This document shows positions 59,220 through 64,000 of a DNA stretch of 64,000 nucleotides, in pieces (the stretch's first letter is position 1; every line of letters starts with the position of its first letter). The notes beneath the pieces are model-generated. The model ran no database searches. It was not told the DNA's origin and worked only from the letters and a program-made list of their open reading frames with translations. The DNA comes from Clostridiales bacterium (GTDB lineage Bacteria > Bacillota > Clostridia > Christensenellales > HGM11417): positions 1,831 to 65,830 of the forward strand of contig JAAYQN010000007.1 in assembly GCA_012519285.1 (NCBI GenBank), given 5' to 3'. Both the position numbers and the translations under genes were made by a program.

Positions 59220-60836
59220 TTAATTATATACCACTTTTTCCTTTTTGTTAAACCTTTTTGTGAGTATCTTCTTAACTTGGGTGTCCATGTTGGCGATCCT
59301 GAGCTTAAAGCACACCGCGATAAAGAGCGCGGAACCCGCCGCAGCGCAAATAAACGCGGCAGCCGGCTGCGGCAAAACCTGCTTAAGCCCAAGGTTTGCA
59401 ATCCAGGCTGCCGCGGTGCAGCCCGTACACGCGAGGAGCATCCTCGCGCCGTCCCGCCAGAACATCTCCATCTTGCCCACGCTCTTTGCCACGGCGAGGG
59501 TGTTGAGTGTCGCAGTCACCGAAAAGCTCAGGAAAAACCCGAATATCATGGAGTAAATGCCGAGCAGGGGCGGCAAAAACCATATCGTCGCCATCATCAG
59601 GGCGGCGCCGATGAGGTAATGCCTGAGGGAGTACACTTCCTTTCCTAAAGTGTTGAGTAAGGATGAGGCCATGTTCGAGAGCGACATGGGAATCATTATC
59701 GCGGCGGAGTATGTCAGCAGTTCCCCCGACCTCTCATTGCTGTACAGCAGCACGCCTATCTCCCTTCCCGCCACGGTGTACGGGATCACCATCACCAGCG
59801 AGGCGAATATGGAAAAACATAGCGCGCCCTCAACCTGCCTCGCCACTTCCGCCTTGTCCTTGCTTCCCGATATCTCAGGAATGAGCACGAGCGCCAGCGC
59901 GCCCACCACCGTTCCGGGGATAAAGAGCAGCGGCAGCGTCATTCCCGAGGCTATGCCGAATTCGGAGAGCGCCTCGGACGCGCTCAGCCCCGACAGCTTC
60001 AGCCTTATGGGTATTATCAGCGCGAGCAGGGAAGTTATGACGCTCGAGGCTATCCTTATCCCCGTGAGGGGGGCGGCGGATTGCAGCACCGGCAGGTAAT
60101 ATCCTTTTGGACTTTTGATCTTGCCGTCGTAATAGAAATATATGCACACGGTAATCAGCGCCGCCGCCACGAAGGAGATGGACACTGATATCGCCGCGTT
60201 GTAAGCGCCGCCGGTGACGCCGCTCGCCCTCGAAACCAGGATTATCCCCGTGCCGATGAGCAGCGCCTCCTCTATGAATTCGCATAGCGCGTACGCGAAG
60301 AAGTTCTTTTGCCCCCAAAGCCCTCCCCGGTAAGAAGAGTATATCGCCGATGCCGCAACCCCCGGCAGCAGCACCATGAAGATGGGCATGCACCGCTTGT
60401 CGACGAAGAGCGTGGATATGGGTCTTCTGAAAATCACTATCGCCAAGGTTATAACAAGAGCAATGGAAAGCCCTATCACCGCGCCCGCCGCGGTAGTGGC
60501 GTGGCCACCGTCGTAGTCTCGCAGCGCCCTCAGCCTCGCCGTTTGCTTGGACACCGCAATGGGGAGGCCCGACGAGGTGAGCGCAAGCAGCACGGCGAAC
60601 ACCGAGCACACCACCTGGTAAATCCCCATTCCCTCGGCGCCTATGGTCTTGCTCAGAAAAATCCTGTTGAAAAAGGCTGCCGCTCTCGTGGCTACAGAAA
60701 AAAGCGATATCGTGAGGGTAGCCTTGAAGATGGATTGCCTTATACTATCACCTCTTAAGCCAAAAAGCGCTTTCCTGTATATACATTCTATTAAATGCCC
60801 CGCGGATTTATTATATAACCATAATGAAAAACACAC
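59220..60836 (-). CDS. MOP-superfamily flippase, SpoVB / polysaccharide-biosynthesis-protein-like
   Basis: About 538-aa polytopic protein. RIFLSKTIGAEGMGIYQ near the N-terminus is typical of the SpoVB/MurJ-like family. The start is uncertain (GTG 60836, and no clean RBS was found). Confidence 0.72.
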   Translation of the reverse strand: MCFSLWLYNKSAGHLIECIYRKALFGLRGDSIRQSIFKATLTISLFSVATRAAAFFNRIFLSKTIGAEGMGIYQVVCSVFAVLLALTSSGLPIAVSKQTARLRALRDYDGGHATTAAGAVIGLSIALVITLAIVIFRRPISTLFVDKRCMPIFMVLLPGVAASAIYSSYRGGLWGQKNFFAYALCEFIEEALLIGTGIILVSRASGVTGGAYNAAISVSISFVAAALITVCIYFYYDGKIKSPKGYYLPVLQSAAPLTGIRIASSVITSLLALIIPIRLKLSGLSASEALSEFGIASGMTLPLLFIPGTVVGALALVLIPEISGSKDKAEVARQVEGALCFSIFASLVMVIPYTVAGREIGVLLYSNERSGELLTYSAAIMIPMSLSNMASSLLNTLGKEVYSLRHYLIGAALMMATIWFLPPLLGIYSMIFGFFLSFSVTATLNTLAVAKSVGKMEMFWRDGARMLLACTGCTAAAWIANLGLKQVLPQPAAAFICAAAGSALFIAVCFKLRIANMDTQVKKILTKRFNKKEKVVYN

Positions 60837-60913
60837 AATAAGAATATACTATATTGAAAAGGGATAAGGCGCGGGGGCTCTGCCCTTCGCGCCAAATAAA
60901 AAAGGGGAATGCC

Positions 60914-61201
60914 ATGCGCACTTTCGACATAATTCACAGGGTAAAAAAGGGGGAAACCCTAACAAAGATCGCCGCGATGTACGGCGTCCCGCAGACCATG
61001 GTAGCGCGCGACAACGAGCTTACCGAAGAGATTTACGAGGGGCAGCGCCTCATAATCGGGCGGGTTGAGGGCACCGTGTACAGCGTCAGGCCCGAAGACA
61101 CGCTTGAGGGCATCGCGCAAAAGTTCGGCGTCGACAAGGAGACCATCCTGAAAAAGAACAACATCAAGGACATTTATCCCTTTATGAGCATAGTTATTTA
61201 G
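60914..61201 (+). CDS. small protein with two LysM domains
   Basis: From ATG 60914 (AAGGGG upstream). HRVKKGETLTKIAAMYGV and YSVRPEDTLEGIAQKFGV are two LysM repeats. There is no signal peptide. 95 aa. Confidence 0.75.
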   Translation: MRTFDIIHRVKKGETLTKIAAMYGVPQTMVARDNELTEEIYEGQRLIIGRVEGTVYSVRPEDTLEGIAQKFGVDKETILKKNNIKDIYPFMSIVI

Positions 61202-61291
61202 TTTTTTTGATAAATCCTTTGCCATATCGGGAGCATTGGTCTATAATATAGGTAGTTATTTTTGCCGCGGACAGGTCTTTATGGAGGAATT

Positions 61292-62425
61292 ATGGTAAGG
61301 ATAGAGGAAGTCAAGACAAAAAAACAGATGAAAAAATTCGTGGAGTTTCCGCTCAAGCTGTACGAGAATTGTCCCTATTACGTGCCGCAGTTTTACGGCG
61401 ACGAGTACAGGCTGTTTTTCCCCGAGAAAAACGTGCATTCGGAATACTCAAAATCCCGCTTTTTTCTCGCTTACAAAGGCGACGAGATCGTTGGCAGGAT
61501 AGCGGGCATAGTGGTTTATCCCTACATACAGAAGACGGGCAGGAAGGTGATGAGGTTCTCTCGCTTTGACCTCATCGACGATGAGGAGGTGGCAAGGGCG
61601 CTCTTTAAGGCGGTGGAGGACTTCGCGCGGGAGGAAGGCCTCGACGAAATCCAGGGGCCCATGGGCTACAACGATACCGACAGGGAAGGGCTGTTGGTCG
61701 AGGGCTTTGACAAGATGTCCACCTACGCCGAAAATTACAGCTACGACTACTATCCCCGCCTCGTGGAGCAGAACGGTTTCGTAAAAGAGGTGGACTGGCT
61801 GGAGTACAAGATATTCCTGCCCGACAAGCCCGTTGAGAAGCTGAAAAAGATGTCGGAACTTGTGGCAAAGAGGTTTAAGTTAAGGGACGTCACCAAGAGC
61901 AGCCTTTCCATGTCGCAGATAATAGACAGGTACGGCCACAAGGTATTCGACCTCGTCAACATCGCCTACGAGCCCCTTCACGGCACCATCCCTTTAAAGG
62001 GCAGGGTAGTGGACGAGATCATCGGCGTCTTCAAGCTGTTTTTGACAAAGGACTTCGTCAGCGTCATAGTGGATGAGAACGACAACGTGGTGGCCTTTGC
62101 CGTCGTGCTCGCATCCATTACCGAGGAGCTTAAGCGCTGCAAGGGAAAGCTCACACCGCTGTCCATCTACAGGTTGCTAAAGCTCAAGAGGCACCCAAAG
62201 GCCGTCGAGTTCGCCCTCATCGCCATAATTCCCGAATATCAGAATAAGGGCCTTACTGCCATGATGATGGATAAGATACTAAACGGCCTCATCGCCAAGA
62301 ACATAAAGTACGCCGAGACCAATCTGGAGCTGGAGGATAACTCCAAAGTGCTTACCCTGTGGGAAGGGGTGGAAAAGGAGTTTCTGAAGAGGAGAAGGTG
62401 CTACGTAAAGAAGATAGAGCCATGA
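61292..62425 (+). CDS. hypothetical protein, probably GNAT-fold acyltransferase-like
   Basis: From ATG 61292 (GGAGGA upstream), 377 aa. The N-terminus MVRIEEVKTKKQMKKFVEFPLKLYENCPYYVPQFYGDE and IIPEYQNKGLTAMMM (an acetyl-CoA-binding-like Q/RxxGxG/A variant) suggest a GNAT-related fold. Confidence 0.5.
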   Translation: MVRIEEVKTKKQMKKFVEFPLKLYENCPYYVPQFYGDEYRLFFPEKNVHSEYSKSRFFLAYKGDEIVGRIAGIVVYPYIQKTGRKVMRFSRFDLIDDEEVARALFKAVEDFAREEGLDEIQGPMGYNDTDREGLLVEGFDKMSTYAENYSYDYYPRLVEQNGFVKEVDWLEYKIFLPDKPVEKLKKMSELVAKRFKLRDVTKSSLSMSQIIDRYGHKVFDLVNIAYEPLHGTIPLKGRVVDEIIGVFKLFLTKDFVSVIVDENDNVVAFAVVLASITEELKRCKGKLTPLSIYRLLKLKRHPKAVEFALIAIIPEYQNKGLTAMMMDKILNGLIAKNIKYAETNLELEDNSKVLTLWEGVEKEFLKRRRCYVKKIEP

Positions 62426-62428
62426 CAA

Positions 62429-62452
62429 AAACCGGGCAATGCTCGGTTTTTT
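62429..62452 (+). terminator. rho-independent terminator after the GNAT-like gene
   Basis: ACCGGG-CAATG-CTCGGT followed by TTTTTT. Confidence 0.7.
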
Positions 62453-62460
62453 GGCAAAAA

Positions 62461-62500
62461 AAACCTGCCGGGGACTTCAAGGCGCAGTCCGGCATGACTT
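62461..62500 (-). terminator. rho-independent terminator after the minus-strand membrane protein gene
   Basis: On the minus strand, TGCCGGACT...AGTCCCCGGCA is followed by GG-T8. Confidence 0.6.
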
Positions 62501-62514
62501 TTTGCTAAAAAAGC

Positions 62515-63192
62515 TCACCTCGCGCTGTCTTCGGAGTCTATGTACTTTAACACCTCGTCGGAGCCGAACTTCTGGATGTCGAGGATAATGGAAGAGAGCT
62601 CGCTTATCATCGCCTTGGTCTCTTTCAGGTGGGGTATGACGATATAGTCATCAAAATACAGCAGCTGCTCGGGGTCGGAGAAGAGGCTTAAGGGCTTTAA
62701 CCCCGTTGCGTATATTATCATGTTGATAATGTAGGCTTTTGAGCGTACGACCATGGAGACGGCGAGGGCTATATATATGATTACGGGCAGCGCTGCGAGG
62801 GCGATCTTTACCCCCAGTGTGTCCTGAAGCGAGGGGATAATGCCCTGCACAGCGGCGATTATGGGAGATGCCTGCCAAAACAGCACCCCGGCTGCGCCGC
62901 CGAAGAGCAGAAAGAATAGGAGGAGCTTTAAAAAGAGGTTGTTTTTCTCCTTCCTCTTGCCCCTGTAAAAAGAAAACCCCCCAATGTTTTCGATAAATAT
63001 CTCGTTATGTATCAGCGTTGACCTCTTCGAGCTGTCCTTCTCCGCGTGCTGAATAAGCCTCCTGTTGGTGACGGCGACGGTGAAATCCAAGACGATGTTT
63101 TCGCTCGGCGAGGTCACGGCAGCGTACCTGTACTGCCGCAAGGTCTTTTCGCCTGTAGCGCCGACGACTACGTCAGGGACCATCAATTTCAT
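62515..63192 (-). CDS. hypothetical two-TM membrane protein
   Basis: From ATG 63192 (GGAGG 9 nt upstream), 225 aa. A soluble N-terminal domain of about 85 aa is followed by two TM helices and an acidic C-terminal tail. No family was recognised. Confidence 0.5.
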   Translation of the reverse strand: MKLMVPDVVVGATGEKTLRQYRYAAVTSPSENIVLDFTVAVTNRRLIQHAEKDSSKRSTLIHNEIFIENIGGFSFYRGKRKEKNNLFLKLLLFFLLFGGAAGVLFWQASPIIAAVQGIIPSLQDTLGVKIALAALPVIIYIALAVSMVVRSKAYIINMIIYATGLKPLSLFSDPEQLLYFDDYIVIPHLKETKAMISELSSIILDIQKFGSDEVLKYIDSEDSAR

Positions 63193-63350
63193 TTTCCCAA
63201 ACCTCCATTTACTGATTTTTATTATAAACAACAATCGCCAAAATAGCAAGTATTGTTTACGATTTGCCGCCCAAATGTGATATAATAATTTGCAAAAGCG
63301 TTTTGATACCGCAGCCCGCTGCAAGGTTTTTAGCGCAAGGAGAAGGACAA

Positions 63351-64000
63351 ATGAACAGGATGAATTCGGACAAGCTCAGGCAGCTTTATTTAAAATACTT
63401 TGAGGAAAGGGGGCACGCCGTGATCCCCAGCGCTTCCCTCATCCCCGAAAACGACCCTACGGTGCTGTTTACCACCGCGGGGATGCACCCCCTCGTGTCA
63501 TACCTTCTGGGCGAAAAGCATCCCGCGGGAAAGAGGCTTGCCAATGTGCAAAAATGCGTCAGGACGGGGGATATCGACGAGGTGGGCGACGCCACCCATT
63601 GTACTTTCTTCGAGATGCTGGGCAATTGGAGCCTCGGCGACTACTTTAAGGAAGAGGCCATAAAGTACAGCTTTGAGTTTTTGACAAGCCCTAAGTACCT
63701 CGGGATACCGATCGAGAGGCTGGCGGTGAGCGTGTTCGCGGGCGACGAGGACGCCCCCAGGGACACCGAGAGCGCCGGGATCTGGAAAAAGCACGGCATC
63801 CCCGAGGACAGGATATTTTACCTTCCCAAGGAAAACAATTGGTGGGGCCCCGCGGGCGTGACCGGCCCCTGCGGTCCCGACACCGAGATGTTCGTGGACA
63901 CGGGCAAGCCAAAGTGCTGCCCCGGCTGCTCTCCCGCGTGCTCTTGCGGCAAATACGTGGAGATATGGAACGACGTATTCATGCAGTACAATAAGACCGC
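63351..64000 (+). CDS. alaS: alanine--tRNA ligase (5' part, runs off the window)
   Basis: The frame from ATG 63351 (AAGGAGAAGG upstream) reads [48 protein letters not shown]...[25 protein letters not shown], which is the canonical AlaRS N-terminus. There is no stop before 64000. Confidence 0.92.
   Translation, partial: MNRMNSDKLRQLYLKYFEERGHAVIPSASLIPENDPTVLFTTAGMHPLVSYLLGEKHPAGKRLANVQKCVRTGDIDEVGDATHCTFFEMLGNWSLGDYFKEEAIKYSFEFLTSPKYLGIPIERLAVSVFAGDEDAPRDTESAGIWKKHGIPEDRIFYLPKENNWWGPAGVTGPCGPDTEMFVDTGKPKCCPGCSPACSCGKYVEIWNDVFMQYNKT

Overview
This 64-kb window is a chromosomal segment from an endospore-forming Firmicute, probably Clostridia-like. The evidence is spoIVA, a spoVB-like flippase, a perfect CIRCE operator, a T-box leader and Bacillus-type gene orders. 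GC content is moderate, and AGG (Arg) and ATA (Ile) codons are used conspicuously often. Most of the window is densely packed housekeeping genes. In order they are: spoIVA; ytxC-like and thrS (T-box); infC-rpmI-rplT (L20-type leader attenuator, AUU start for infC); a TrmH-family methyltransferase; yebC; proA; argS; dgt-like, dnaG, sigA, trmK, Nif3 and a COG1579 zinc-ribbon protein; secG, rnr, smpB, metA and ssrA (tmRNA). These are followed by nrdD and nrdG (NrdR boxes); an ABC exporter; asp23 and a DAK2 protein (yloU/yloV-like); a tRNA-Gly/Cys/Leu cluster; mtlD-like; a very large MacB-type ABC protein; purA, dapF, pyrG, nadE, dapL; a HAD phosphatase; ttcA; cdaA; a DUF1015-like protein; lysC; groES-groEL (CIRCE); and dCMP deaminase. 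The last third is more accessory. It holds a Cys-rich repeat protein divergent from a SPOR protein, then a visibly AT-rich segment at about 50.85-54.0 kb carrying gltS-like and acyltransferase genes. That segment ends in an IS30-like transposase fragment fused to the orphan C-terminal stub of an [FeFe]-hydrogenase. Beyond it lie a Fur-family regulator, melA and an AraC regulator, a DUF421/DUF4363 pair, a folT-like ECF S component, the spoVB-like flippase, a LysM protein, a GNAT-like protein, an unknown membrane protein and the 5' end of alaS. I found no CRISPR array, rRNA gene, intact mobile element or recognisable defence system. The most unusual item is the class III ribonucleotide reductase. 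Its glycyl-radical motif sits in a separate 49-codon frame between nrdD and nrdG, so this is either a true split enzyme or a frameshift at an A6 run. All calls rest on reading the translations and motifs by eye; no database search was run.
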